This document shows positions 1-9,459 of a stretch of DNA of 64,000 nt, one piece after another (the first letter of the stretch is position 1; each line of letters starts with the position of its first letter). The stretch comes from Xanthobacteraceae bacterium (GTDB lineage: Bacteria; Pseudomonadota; Alphaproteobacteria; Rhizobiales; Xanthobacteraceae), in assembly GCA_035556215.1 (NCBI GenBank), contig DATMFI010000007.1, positions 139,102 to 203,101 on the forward strand, given 5' to 3'. The position numbers were made by a program, and so were the translations under genes. Below the pieces are notes generated by a model. It was not told the origin of the DNA. It did no database searches and was given only the letters and a program-made list of their open reading frames with translations.

Positions 1-1500
1 TATGGCTGGCGCGGCGCGGAAGTGGACAACATCCTGCGCTTCGAGAAGGATTTTCCCGGCGCGAAGGTCATCCGGCTGGAGCGCAACTATCGCTCGACCG
101 GGCACATTCTCTCGGCGGCCTCGTATCTCATCGCTCACAACGAAAGCCGTCTCGGCAAGACCCTGCACACCGAAGACGTCGATGGCGAGAAGGTCAACGT
201 CACCGGGGCATGGGACTCCGAAGAGGAAGCGCGCGATGTCGGCGAGGAGATCGAGCAGCTTCACCGCAAGGGCCACCGGCTTTCGGAGATCGCCATTCTG
301 GTGCGCGCCTCGTTCCAGATGCGCGAATTCGAAGATCGCTTCGTCACGCTCGGCCTGCCGTATCGCGTGATTGGCGGCCCGCGCTTCTATGAGCGGCAGG
401 AAATCCGCGATGCGCTCGCCTATTTCCGGGTGATTGTGCAATCGGCGGACGATCTGGCGTTTGAGCGCATCGTCAATGTGCCGAAGCGCGGCCTTGGCGA
501 TTCCAGCGTGCAGATGCTGCACGATTATGCCCGCGCCAATAACGTGCCGCTCCTCGATGCCGCGCGCGCGATGTCGCTGACCGAGGACATGAAGCCGAAG
601 CAGCGCGGCTCGTTGCGCGAGCTTGTCGCGTCGTTCGACCGCTGGCGTAATCAGCTGGAGTCCTTGCCGCATACGGAACTGGCCGAAATCGTGCTGGAGG
701 AATCCGGCTACACCGACATGTGGCAGAAAGAGCGCACGGCGGAAGCCGCCGGACGCCTCGAAAACCTCAAGGAGCTCGTGCGCTCGATGGAGCAGTTCGA
801 GAACATGGCCGGCTTCCTCGAGCACATTTCGCTGGTGATGGATGCCGAGAGCGGCGCGGGGCAGGATGCGGTCAGCATCATGACGCTGCATTCGGCCAAG
901 GGCCTCGAGTTCGACACGGTGTTCCTGCCGGGCTGGGAAGAGGGGCTTCTGCCGCACCAGCGATCGTTGGACGATCAGGGCCGCGCGGGGCTCGAGGAAG
1001 AGCGGCGGCTCGCCCATGTCGGGCTCACGCGGGCGAGAAAGCGCGCGAAAATTTATTTCACGTCGCATCGGCGCATCCACGGCATGTGGAATTCGACGGT
1101 GCCGAGCCGTTTCCTGGATGAATTGCCGGAAAAGAGCGTCGAGGTGACGGAAGCCAAAGGCGGCTGGGGCCAGCCGGTGAGCCGCTTCGATCGCGTCGAG
1201 CCGTTCTCTTCAAGCTATGACACGCCCGGCTGGCAGCGCGGCCGCGCCCAGAAGAGCCAAAAGGACGAGAGCGGGATCCCGGAAGGCCAGCGCAACTTCA
1301 AGCGCGGCCCGGTGACGATCAACGCCAGGGCCGTGGACCGGACGCCATCGGCAAACGGTTCATTCCGGCTGGGCGAGCGCGTCTTCCACCAGAAGTTCGG
1401 CTATGGCCGCGTGACCGAAGTCGATGGCAACAAGCTCACCGTCAATTTCGAGAAGGCCGGCGAAAAGCGTGTCGTCGAAAATTTCGTTGAACGGGTCTAG
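1..1500 (+). CDS. uvrD: UvrD/PcrA-family ATP-dependent DNA helicase, C-terminal part (5' end upstream of window)
   Basis: Frame 1 is open from base 1 (YGWRGAEVDNILRFEKDFP...). SF1 helicase motifs TLHSAKGLEFDTVFLPGWEEG and VGLTRAR are present, with a C-terminal FHQKFGYGRV tail. Stop at 1498-1500. Confidence 0.9.
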   Translation, partial: YGWRGAEVDNILRFEKDFPGAKVIRLERNYRSTGHILSAASYLIAHNESRLGKTLHTEDVDGEKVNVTGAWDSEEEARDVGEEIEQLHRKGHRLSEIAILVRASFQMREFEDRFVTLGLPYRVIGGPRFYERQEIRDALAYFRVIVQSADDLAFERIVNVPKRGLGDSSVQMLHDYARANNVPLLDAARAMSLTEDMKPKQRGSLRELVASFDRWRNQLESLPHTELAEIVLEESGYTDMWQKERTAEAAGRLENLKELVRSMEQFENMAGFLEHISLVMDAESGAGQDAVSIMTLHSAKGLEFDTVFLPGWEEGLLPHQRSLDDQGRAGLEEERRLAHVGLTRARKRAKIYFTSHRRIHGMWNSTVPSRFLDELPEKSVEVTEAKGGWGQPVSRFDRVEPFSSSYDTPGWQRGRAQKSQKDESGIPEGQRNFKRGPVTINARAVDRTPSANGSFRLGERVFHQKFGYGRVTEVDGNKLTVNFEKAGEKRVVENFVERV

Positions 1501-1503
1501 CTC

Positions 1504-2397
1504 GTGGAAGCGCAGGATCTAACCCACATCGTCCGAGTCGCAGCCGACGAGGCTGTTGCCAAGCGAATTGCTAACTTTTTCGCGGAAACTTTCGACCCCG
1601 AGGAAGTGGCGGCGTCGGCTTTCGAAACCGCCGAAGGCTGGAGCGCCGAAGTGCATTTTGCGCAGGCGCCGGATCGCGTGCGTGTCGAGGATTTGCTGCG
1701 GGCGGCGGATGTCGATCCGGCAAAAGCCGTGTTCGAGACCGTCGCCAAAAAGGATTGGGTGGCGCTGAGCCTCGAAGGTTTGAAGCCCGTCCGCATCGGG
1801 CCGTTCGTCGTGCACGGCGCGCATGATCGGGCCAAGGTCGGCGCGCAGGAGATCGGCATCGAGATCGAGGCCGCGCTTGCGTTCGGCACGGGGCACCACG
1901 GCACGACGCAGGGCTGTCTTGCCGCGATCGAGGAATTTTCCCGGCGTGGCCGTCCGAAACGCACGCTCGATCTCGGCACGGGTACGGGCGTGCTGGCGAT
2001 AGCGGTTGCGCGGCGTTGCCGCCGGCCGGTAATCGCGAGCGATTTCGATCCGGTCGCTGTCGCAACCGCAAAAGAAAACGCCCGGCAAAACCGGGCGGGT
2101 AATTTCATTCGTTTCACGAAGGCGGCGGGCACGAATGCGCCGCTTATTCGCAACCATGCGCGCTACGACTTTGTGCTCGCCAATATTCTGCTGCCGGTGC
2201 TGAAACAGCTTGCAAAACCGGTTCGCCCGTTGCTTGCGCGGGGCGCGACGGTCGTGCTGTCGGGGCTGCTGCCTTCGCAGGCCAATGCGGCGGCGAGCAT
2301 CTGGCGTGCGCAAGGGCTCACGTTGCAGACGCGCCGGACCATGGACGGCTGGACGACCCTGACATTCCGCCGGGTCATCCGGCCGCAACGTCACTGA
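1504..2397 (+). CDS. prmA: ribosomal protein L11 methyltransferase
   Basis: 297 aa. Contains GTGHHGTTQGCL and the SAM-binding DLGTGTGVLAIA motif typical of PrmA. Confidence 0.9.
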   Translation: MEAQDLTHIVRVAADEAVAKRIANFFAETFDPEEVAASAFETAEGWSAEVHFAQAPDRVRVEDLLRAADVDPAKAVFETVAKKDWVALSLEGLKPVRIGPFVVHGAHDRAKVGAQEIGIEIEAALAFGTGHHGTTQGCLAAIEEFSRRGRPKRTLDLGTGTGVLAIAVARRCRRPVIASDFDPVAVATAKENARQNRAGNFIRFTKAAGTNAPLIRNHARYDFVLANILLPVLKQLAKPVRPLLARGATVVLSGLLPSQANAAASIWRAQGLTLQTRRTMDGWTTLTFRRVIRPQRH

Positions 2398-2495
2398 ATG
2401 TATTTGTGGCGGCGGAGAGAAGCCTCGACCTGCTTCGTGCGGGTCTCGACAAAGGCCTTGTAAAGGCGGGTCAGCGCGATCGTCAGAGCGGTCAT
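2391..2495 (-). CDS. 34-aa small protein, unknown function (MTALTIALTRLYKAFVETRTKQVEASLRRHKYIQ)
   Basis: The internal ATG of the 66-aa track ORF is preceded by AAGGAGACACCG, a strong SD with a 6-nt spacer. The peptide has a hydrophobic N-half and basic C-half. I recognise no homology. Confidence 0.4.
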   Translation of the reverse strand: MTALTIALTRLYKAFVETRTKQVEASLRRHKYIQ

Positions 2496-2649
2496 CGGTG
2501 TCTCCTTTGGTTGGACACCCTCGGTATGGCGTTTCTCCAGACCCGCAAAACATAGGCTTTCCCGCCGGAAAGGGTATTGGCCCTGGCGCATGCCACCTGC
2601 GTGGCCGCCGCATGCCGCATTGCCAACGCGTTAAGGGACGGCTTTCCGA

Positions 2650-3159
2650 TCAGTTGCGCGGCGGCATGCCGATGGCACGGCCGATTTCGGGCGGGCGCGG
2701 CAGCGTGCGGTGCGCCGACTTCATGATGGCAAGGCGTTCAAGCACGTCGTCGGGGAAGGGAACGACCTTCTTCGCTTTCATATCGACGTGAAGGGCGAGT
2801 TGCTCGGAAGTCGCCGACACCCAGTCTTCCGTGGCGTGGTGAAGTTCGGCATAGAGGTGAAGCCGTTTCGTGTCGTAGTCGATCAGCCGGATCGCGGCGC
2901 GCACCGGCATGTGCGCGCCAAGCTCCCGCAGGTAGCGGACATGCGCCTCGGCGGTGAAGAACGAGGCGCTGCGCTCGCGCACGTAATCAGGACCGAGACC
3001 GACGAGGAAAAATGCTTCATCGACCGCGCGGTCGACCAGCACGTTGTAATAGGCCATGTTGAGGTGGCCGTTATAGTCGATCCAGGACGGATCGACGGTC
3101 ATGACGGACGATACGAACGGCGCGAAAAAGACCGGCTCGAAATCAATGCGGGCTGGCAT
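2650..3159 (-). CDS. acyl-CoA thioesterase, hotdog-fold (YbgC/4HBT-like)
   Basis: 169 aa. The N-terminal VDPSWIDYNGHLNMAYYNVL pattern resembles thioesterase-like superfamily proteins. Confidence 0.65.
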   Translation of the reverse strand: MPARIDFEPVFFAPFVSSVMTVDPSWIDYNGHLNMAYYNVLVDRAVDEAFFLVGLGPDYVRERSASFFTAEAHVRYLRELGAHMPVRAAIRLIDYDTKRLHLYAELHHATEDWVSATSEQLALHVDMKAKKVVPFPDDVLERLAIMKSAHRTLPRPPEIGRAIGMPPRN

Positions 3160-3302
3160 CGGGTGGCGTTTCTTTGTCTCCCATCAGTGATGATGCAATG
3201 CCGCAGGCTTTCGCGCAATGGTATGGGCTCTGTAAGCGGCCGGATTCTGCTAGGCTGCGGCAAGAAAACTACTCCATCGAACCATACGATGAATAAAGCC
3301 CT

Positions 3303-4706
3303 ATGAGCCATGTTCAGCAGCGCCCGGCCGCCGAAGCGGTCGAGCAGGTCAAATCGGCGCTCGCCGCCCGTTTCGGCAACAAGCTCTCGACCGCCGAGGC
3401 GGTCCGCCAGCAGCATGCCAACACCACCACCTGGCTCGCCAATGAGGCGCCGGACGCGGTGGTATATGCCGCCTCAACTGAAGACGTGCAGGCGGTGGTG
3501 CGGCTCTGCGCCGAGCACCGGGTGCCGGTCATTCCCTTCGGTACGGGGACGTCGCTCGAGGGCCACATCAATGCGCCGTTCGGCGGGGTGTCGATCGACC
3601 TCTCCGAAATGAACGCGATCCGCGCCGTCCATCCCGAAGACCTCGATTGCGTGATCGAGCCGGGCGTGACGAGGAAGCGCCTCAACGAATATCTGCGCGA
3701 TCAGGGCCTGTTCTTCCCCATCGATCCCGGCGCCGATGCCTCGCTTGGCGGCATGGCTTCGACGCGGGCGTCGGGTACCAATGCGGTGCGCTACGGTACG
3801 ATGAAGGACAATGTGCTTTCATTGAAAGCCGTGCTCGCGAACGGCGAGGTGCTGACGACCGCACGGCGGGCGAAGAAATCCTCGGCGGGCTACGACCTCA
3901 CGCGGCTCTTTGTCGGCTCCGAAGGAACGCTTGGCGTCATCACCGAGCTGACGTTGAAACTCGCCGGCATTCCCGAAGCGGTGTCGGCGGGCGTCTGCGC
4001 ATTTCCGTCGGTGGAAGCCGCCTGCAACACCACGATCGCGACGATCCAATCGGGCATTCCGGTCGCGCGCATCGAGCTTCTCGATGCGCTGCAGGTGAAG
4101 GCTTGCAACGCCTATTCGAAACTCGATTTGAAAGAGACGCCGACCCTGTTCGTCGAATTTCATGGCTCCGACGCGAGCGTTGCCGAGCAGGCCGAGCGCT
4201 TCGGCGAGATCGCCGCGGAATTCGGCGGCGGCCCGTTCGATTGGGCAACACGGGCCGAAGACCGCACAAAGCTCTGGCAGGCGCGTCACGATGCCTATTG
4301 GGCGGTGGTCAACATGCGCAAAGGCTGCCAGGCCTTCGCGACGGACGTATGCGTTCCGATATCGAAGCTTGCCGAATGCGTGACGGCGACGCAGGAAGAC
4401 ATCAAGAAATTCGATCTCATTGCGCCGATTGTCGGCCATGTTGGCGATGGCAATTTCCATGTCGCAGTGTTGCTCGATATGAGCGACGCCGGGGAGGTCG
4501 CGCGCGCGAAGAAGTTCAACGAAGCCCTGATCGCGCGCTCGCTGTCGATGGATGGCACCTGCACCGGCGAGCACGGCGTCGGCGAGGGCAAGATCCAGTA
4601 TCTCGAAGCCGAGCATGGCGCGGTCGGCCTTGCGGCGATGCGCGGCGTGAAGCGCGCGCTCGATCCCGATAACATCATGAATCCCGGCAAGATATTCGCG
4701 CCTTAG
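3303..4706 (+). CDS. FAD-linked oxidase (D-lactate dehydrogenase / GlcD-like)
   Basis: 467 aa. FAD_binding_4-type VIPFGTGTSLEGH motif and C-terminal GTCTGEHGVGEGK. Confidence 0.85.
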   Translation: MSHVQQRPAAEAVEQVKSALAARFGNKLSTAEAVRQQHANTTTWLANEAPDAVVYAASTEDVQAVVRLCAEHRVPVIPFGTGTSLEGHINAPFGGVSIDLSEMNAIRAVHPEDLDCVIEPGVTRKRLNEYLRDQGLFFPIDPGADASLGGMASTRASGTNAVRYGTMKDNVLSLKAVLANGEVLTTARRAKKSSAGYDLTRLFVGSEGTLGVITELTLKLAGIPEAVSAGVCAFPSVEAACNTTIATIQSGIPVARIELLDALQVKACNAYSKLDLKETPTLFVEFHGSDASVAEQAERFGEIAAEFGGGPFDWATRAEDRTKLWQARHDAYWAVVNMRKGCQAFATDVCVPISKLAECVTATQEDIKKFDLIAPIVGHVGDGNFHVAVLLDMSDAGEVARAKKFNEALIARSLSMDGTCTGEHGVGEGKIQYLEAEHGAVGLAAMRGVKRALDPDNIMNPGKIFAP

Positions 4707-4811
4707 TAGATCGCGCGGACATTTTCCCGCCGTATTCCAGCGTGCAAGGCCCGGTTCGCACGCGCGTTTTTTACTCGACGCGCGGCGCTTCCTGACGCAA
4801 TTTCAGGCGGA

Positions 4812-4865
4812 TAGAGCATGACCTCCGAAGAGTGTGACGCGGTTTTCGGATAAGACCATGCTCCT
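4812..4865. repeat. palindromic intergenic repeat, copy 1 (GAGCATGAyC...GGTTTTCGG...GAyCATGCTC)
   Basis: agagcatgacctccgaagagtgtgacgcggttttcggataagaccatgctcc. Related copies lie at 18696-18748 and 34996-35046. Confidence 0.75.
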
Positions 4866-4879
4866 TGAGGAGCGGCTGA

Positions 4880-7800
4880 TTGCAACACGGTTTACTGGCT
4901 TTGGGCCTCGCGCTGATCGCGGCGATTGTCGCGGCACTCGGAGCGCCTTTATTTGTTGACTGGAACGCCTGGCGGCCCGAATTCGAACAGCGCGCGAGCG
5001 CGCTTGTCGGCACGCCTGTCACGATCAAGGGTTCGATTGAAGCCTCGATCCTGCCGACGCCGGCTTTCGTTATGCGCGACGTTACGGTGGGTGATGCGGC
5101 GCAAGGCACCGGCCTCACGGCAGGGCAGATCCGCGGCATCCTCTCGTTAGGCGCGTTGTTTCGCGGTGCGGTGGAAGCGGAGGAGATCGTTTTCACCAAG
5201 CCGACGCTGCGCCTCACGCTCGGCGCCGATGGCCGCATCGCTGTCAAAAAGACGGAGGGCGAGCCGGGGCCGCTTTCGGTCTCGCGCTTCACGATCGAAG
5301 GCGGCCGGCTCGTTCTCGACGATCGCGCCAACAAGCGGCAATATCAGTTCAACGATATCGCGGCTGCCGGCGAGTTGCAGTCGCGCGCCGGTCCGCTGAA
5401 GCTGGAGGCTTCTTTCGCGCAGGACGGCAAGCCCCGCAACAATGCGTGGAAGCTGCGCGCCTCGAGCGGACAGTTCAACGACACCAACGGCAGAGCGCGA
5501 TTTTCGCTGACACGCGCCGACGGGCTTTCATTCGATGCGGACGGCATGCTCTCGCTCGAAAAGGCGAAGCCGCGTTTTGAAGGAAAGATCAATCTCGCGC
5601 AGCCCGGCGCCATGCCGTGGAAGCTCGCGGCGAATGCGATCGCAAGTCATGCCGCGCTCAAGCTTGAAGGACTTGAAATCTCGTTCGGCGCACCGGATGC
5701 GCCGGCCGAGTTCTCAGGCGAGGCGCAGGTGAGTTCCTTGCAGCGCGGCGTGTTCGACGCCGAGCTTTCCGCAAAGTTCGTCGATCTCGACAAGGCGCTC
5801 GGCGCGCAGAACAAGAGCGCCGCGGCGGTGATCGCGCAGCTGCGCGACACGCTGGCAGGCTTCCGGGGCGATCCGCTTACGGGAAAACTGAAGCTTTCGG
5901 TCGCCCAACTCGTCGCCGGCGGCGGTACCTTGCGCGATGTCGAAAGTGTGCTTGCCTGGCGCGATGGCGCGCCTATGCCGGAGCGGCTGAATGCGCGGCT
6001 GCCCGGCCGCGGCGCCGTTCAGCTCAGCGGCGCGCCGCTTGCGGATGGCAGTTTCAAAGGCCGCTGGGCGGTGTCGGCGGAAGAGCCCGCGGCGCTCGCC
6101 GAATGGAGCGGCGTTCTGCCAGCCGACGTGATGGGCGAAGGCAGTTTCAGGGTCGATGGCGGCCTTCTGGTTTCGGATCAAAAGCTCACGCTCGACCCGT
6201 TCCTGCTGACGATGGGCCCGGCGAAACTCGGCGGCGATCTCGTTTACAGCTGGCAGGCCGGCGGCCAGAACGCGCGCCTCGATGCAAAGCTCAATGGCAG
6301 CACGCTTGATCTTGCGCTTCTGCAGCCGCTCGCGCGCAAGTCCATCGCGAAGGATAACTCGCTCGCGATCCATGCCATGCTCGACATTCAGTCGCCGCGC
6401 ATCTTCAGCCAGCCGGCGCGCCGCTTGAGCGCGTCCCTGTCGCGAAATGGCGATGTGATTGTGCTGGACCGGCTCGCAATCGAGGACATGGCGGGCGTTA
6501 ATCTCAGCGCCAAGGGCGAGATTGCCTCCTATGCGGACAAGCCGAGGGGCAAGGTCGATTTCAGTCTCGATGCCGCGAACGCCAAAGGCCTCGATAATCT
6601 TGCGGGCATGTTGAGCGATCCGGATTTTGCGGCTTATCTTCGCCGCGTGACCGCCGCCGCCGCGCCGCTGCAGCTTGCGGGCAGCATCACCGGCGATGGC
6701 AAAGGCCCGGCGGTGATAATCGAGGCGAAGGGCAAAGCGAAAAACGCGCAAATCAGGCTTACGTCGCGCGGCGAACCGCTGAATTTTGCGATCGACGACA
6801 CGAAGCTCGAACTCGATGCGCCGGATGCCGCCAATCTTGTCGCGCTTCTCGGCCTGCCGATGCCTGAGCCGCTTGCGGGCCAGGGCCATTTCGAAATTGC
6901 GATCGGCAAGAAAGATAAAGGCGCCGCGCCGCTGAGAGCGCAGCTCGTGTTTCCCGGCATCGATCTTTCGGCGGATGGCGCTTTGCGCTTTGCCGAAAAA
7001 ATCGAGCCGCGCATCAATCTCAAGCTCGAGGCGACGGATTTCCGCGCGCTGTCCATGGCCGCGGCACGGATCAGGGATAGCGTCGTGCCCGCGAGCGGCA
7101 CCGCGCGCTTGATCCGCGACGAGGGTGGCGTGGCGCTCGAGGATCTTGCGATCGATTTCGGTGACACGCGCGTGCGCGGAAGGATGACGTTCAGGGGTGT
7201 CGAACAGCCCGTGCTTTCGGGCGATCTTACGCTCAATCGCAGCGATCTGACGACGCTGCTCGCGCTCGGGATCGGGCGTATGGACGAGGCCGGCGCGGGT
7301 GCGCTGTGGTCGGACGCGCCGCTCGGCACGCCGCCGCTCGCCGGGGCGAGCGGGGATTTTGCCATTCAAAGCGCCGCACTCGGACTGTTCGGCAATCTGA
7401 CGGCCACCGGCGCGCGGATGAAGCTCCGCTTCAGCGGCACTCAATTCGCGGTCGAGGATCTTTCCTGCGATCTTGCGGGCGGCAAGCTCACGGGGCAGGC
7501 GCGCATTTCGCGTCCTGACCTGATCGCTTTCGACGGCAAGCTCTCGCTGGAGGGCGCCGATGTTTCACGGCTGATTTCGCCCGCCGACTGGCGCTCTCGC
7601 CTTCACGGCAAGGGTGACGTTTCTCTTGAGCTTGCAGGGCAGGGCGCTTCGCTCGCGCAGCTCATCGGCAACATCGCGGGGCGCGGCAAATTCACGCTTG
7701 CCGATACCGAGATCGAAAAGTTGTCGCCGGGCGCGCTTGCAAAGGTTTTTGCCGCGGCTGGCAAGAACCTGCCGGATGAAGCGAACGTCCGGATGCAGCT

Positions 7801-8287
7801 CGCGAAGGCGCTCGACGATGCGCCACTCAAGATTGCCAAGCTGGAGGGCCCGATCGTCGCGGCAAACGGCGTGATCCGCGCCGGCAAGGCTGTGGCAAAA
7901 GCGGGGAATGCCGATACCGTATCGAATGTCTCGTTTGACCTCAGCCGCTTTTATCTCGATGCGAATGTGACGTTCGAAAACCCGGCTCCGAAAGGCATGA
8001 GCGCCAGGCCTGCCATCACCGTGGCTTGGCGCGGGCCGATTGCGGAGCCCGCCAGGAATATCGAAATCGCGCCGCTGATGGCGGCGCTGTCGCTGCAAGC
8101 GATGGACGGTGAAATGCGCAGGATCAACGAGCAGGGCCGGGCGCTTCCGGTCAATATGCAGCCGGTTCCGCCACTTGCGACCGAAACGCCGCCGGCGCCA
8201 AAGCCGAAAGTTTCGCCGCCGCCGCGTCCGAAAACCGCGCCGGCACCGCAAGGCAACCGGCAGCTAAAGCTCGATCCGATTCATTAA
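4880..8287 (+). CDS. AsmA-family outer-membrane biogenesis protein
   Basis: 1135 aa. N-terminal TM anchor followed by the typical AsmA start (LFVDWNAWRPEFEQRASALVGTPVTIKG), repetitive beta-rich body and Pro-rich C-terminus. Alternative (TTG) start assumed. Confidence 0.8.
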   Translation: MQHGLLALGLALIAAIVAALGAPLFVDWNAWRPEFEQRASALVGTPVTIKGSIEASILPTPAFVMRDVTVGDAAQGTGLTAGQIRGILSLGALFRGAVEAEEIVFTKPTLRLTLGADGRIAVKKTEGEPGPLSVSRFTIEGGRLVLDDRANKRQYQFNDIAAAGELQSRAGPLKLEASFAQDGKPRNNAWKLRASSGQFNDTNGRARFSLTRADGLSFDADGMLSLEKAKPRFEGKINLAQPGAMPWKLAANAIASHAALKLEGLEISFGAPDAPAEFSGEAQVSSLQRGVFDAELSAKFVDLDKALGAQNKSAAAVIAQLRDTLAGFRGDPLTGKLKLSVAQLVAGGGTLRDVESVLAWRDGAPMPERLNARLPGRGAVQLSGAPLADGSFKGRWAVSAEEPAALAEWSGVLPADVMGEGSFRVDGGLLVSDQKLTLDPFLLTMGPAKLGGDLVYSWQAGGQNARLDAKLNGSTLDLALLQPLARKSIAKDNSLAIHAMLDIQSPRIFSQPARRLSASLSRNGDVIVLDRLAIEDMAGVNLSAKGEIASYADKPRGKVDFSLDAANAKGLDNLAGMLSDPDFAAYLRRVTAAAAPLQLAGSITGDGKGPAVIIEAKGKAKNAQIRLTSRGEPLNFAIDDTKLELDAPDAANLVALLGLPMPEPLAGQGHFEIAIGKKDKGAAPLRAQLVFPGIDLSADGALRFAEKIEPRINLKLEATDFRALSMAAARIRDSVVPASGTARLIRDEGGVALEDLAIDFGDTRVRGRMTFRGVEQPVLSGDLTLNRSDLTTLLALGIGRMDEAGAGALWSDAPLGTPPLAGASGDFAIQSAALGLFGNLTATGARMKLRFSGTQFAVEDLSCDLAGGKLTGQARISRPDLIAFDGKLSLEGADVSRLISPADWRSRLHGKGDVSLELAGQGASLAQLIGNIAGRGKFTLADTEIEKLSPGALAKVFAAAGKNLPDEANVRMQLAKALDDAPLKIAKLEGPIVAANGVIRAGKAVAKAGNADTVSNVSFDLSRFYLDANVTFENPAPKGMSARPAITVAWRGPIAEPARNIEIAPLMAALSLQAMDGEMRRINEQGRALPVNMQPVPPLATETPPAPKPKVSPPPRPKTAPAPQGNRQLKLDPIH

Positions 8288-8796
8288 AGCGATTTCCGTT
8301 CGTATGTGACGAAGGTGTAGGGGAGCGAGTCGCGCTCGCCCTGATGCGGCCCGTCGCGGCGCGTCACCTTCCATTCGTTCCTGTCGAACGCAGGAAAAAC
8401 GGTGTCGCCTTCGGGCGAGCCGTGGACTTCGGTGATTTCGAGCCTGGCCGCAATCGGCATCGTCTCGGCGAATACGACGCTGCCGCCGATGATGGCGATC
8501 TCGTCGATGCCGCGCGCGTCGGCGTCCTTCTCGGCGAGCGCGAGCGCGTCCTTGAGGTTGGTAGCCGTCACCGCGCCCTCGGCCTTGTAGTTCGGGTTCG
8601 AGCTGATGACGATATTCAGCCGGTTCTTCAGCGGCCCGCCCATCGACTCGTAGGTCAGGCGGCCCATGACGATCGGCTTGTTGATGGTGAGCTCCTGGAA
8701 GTGCTTGAGGTCGCCGGGAATTTTCCACGGCAGCTGGCCGTCTTTGCCAATGACGCCGTTCTCGGCGACGGCCACGACCAGAACGAGTTTTTTCAT
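8284..8796 (-). CDS. folA: dihydrofolate reductase
   Basis: 170 aa. VIGKDGQLPWKIPGDLKHFQELT signature. 2-nt gap after sspB. Confidence 0.95.
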   Translation of the reverse strand: MKKLVLVVAVAENGVIGKDGQLPWKIPGDLKHFQELTINKPIVMGRLTYESMGGPLKNRLNIVISSNPNYKAEGAVTATNLKDALALAEKDADARGIDEIAIIGGSVVFAETMPIAARLEITEVHGSPEGDTVFPAFDRNEWKVTRRDGPHQGERDSLPYTFVTYERKSL

Positions 8797-8798
8797 GT

Positions 8799-9443
8799 TT
8801 ATTTCTTGCGGAATTTGTCGAGGCTGACGACCTGCGCGCTCGGCTGCGCAGCAGCGTCTTCTTTTGCGCCGTCTTCTCTCGTGTCGTCCTTGCCCGATTT
8901 TTTGGCTGGGCTTTCGGCGTCCTTTCGCTTCGCACGGGCGGAAGCCTTCGGCATTTCTTCGGGCTCCGACGCGGCGCCGCGCGGCGCAGGGCGGCGTTCC
9001 GCGGCGGGCGTCCCGCTGTCCGCTTCATTCGCGGCGCTGCCGGCCATGGTTTGGGCGTCGGTCGCGATCTCGAACTGCAGACCGAACTGCACCGACGGAT
9101 CGTAGAAGCCCTTGACCGCGTCAAACGGGACAATGAGCTTTTCGGGCACGCCGCCGAACGAGAGTCCGATCTCGAACTGCTTGTCGGTGACCGCGAGATC
9201 CCAGAACTGGTGTTGCAGCACGATCGTCATGAAGTGGCTAGCGGGCGACTTCTTGAGCTGCTGCTGGCGCAAGCGCTCGGAAATCTTGACGCCGGGCGCG
9301 TCAAAGTTGAACTCGATAAAAAAATGGTGATCGCCAGGCAGGCCGTTTTTTGCGGCATCCGACAATACCTTGCGGACAACGCCGCGTAGCGCGTCCTGAG
9401 CGAGCAAATCGTAGCGGATCAAGTCAGCCATATCTGCACTCAA
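8799..9443 (-). CDS. sspB: SspB-like ClpXP specificity-enhancing adaptor (alphaproteobacterial type)
   Basis: 214 aa. N-terminal domain (YDLLAQDALRGVVRKVL...GLPGDHHFFIEF) resembles stringent starvation protein B. A long acidic/basic low-complexity linker ends in VVSLDKFRKK. Lies immediately downstream of ssrA on the same strand. Confidence 0.7.
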   Translation of the reverse strand: MSADMADLIRYDLLAQDALRGVVRKVLSDAAKNGLPGDHHFFIEFNFDAPGVKISERLRQQQLKKSPASHFMTIVLQHQFWDLAVTDKQFEIGLSFGGVPEKLIVPFDAVKGFYDPSVQFGLQFEIATDAQTMAGSAANEADSGTPAAERRPAPRGAASEPEEMPKASARAKRKDAESPAKKSGKDDTREDGAKEDAAAQPSAQVVSLDKFRKK

Positions 9444-9459
9444 GCCGATTCCAGCCGTG

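Noticed and set aside
8264-9133. 289-aa Arg-rich minus-strand ORF overlapping folA and sspB
   Set aside because: It is an out-of-frame shadow of two genes with clear homology, and its composition is extremely Arg/Pro-rich.
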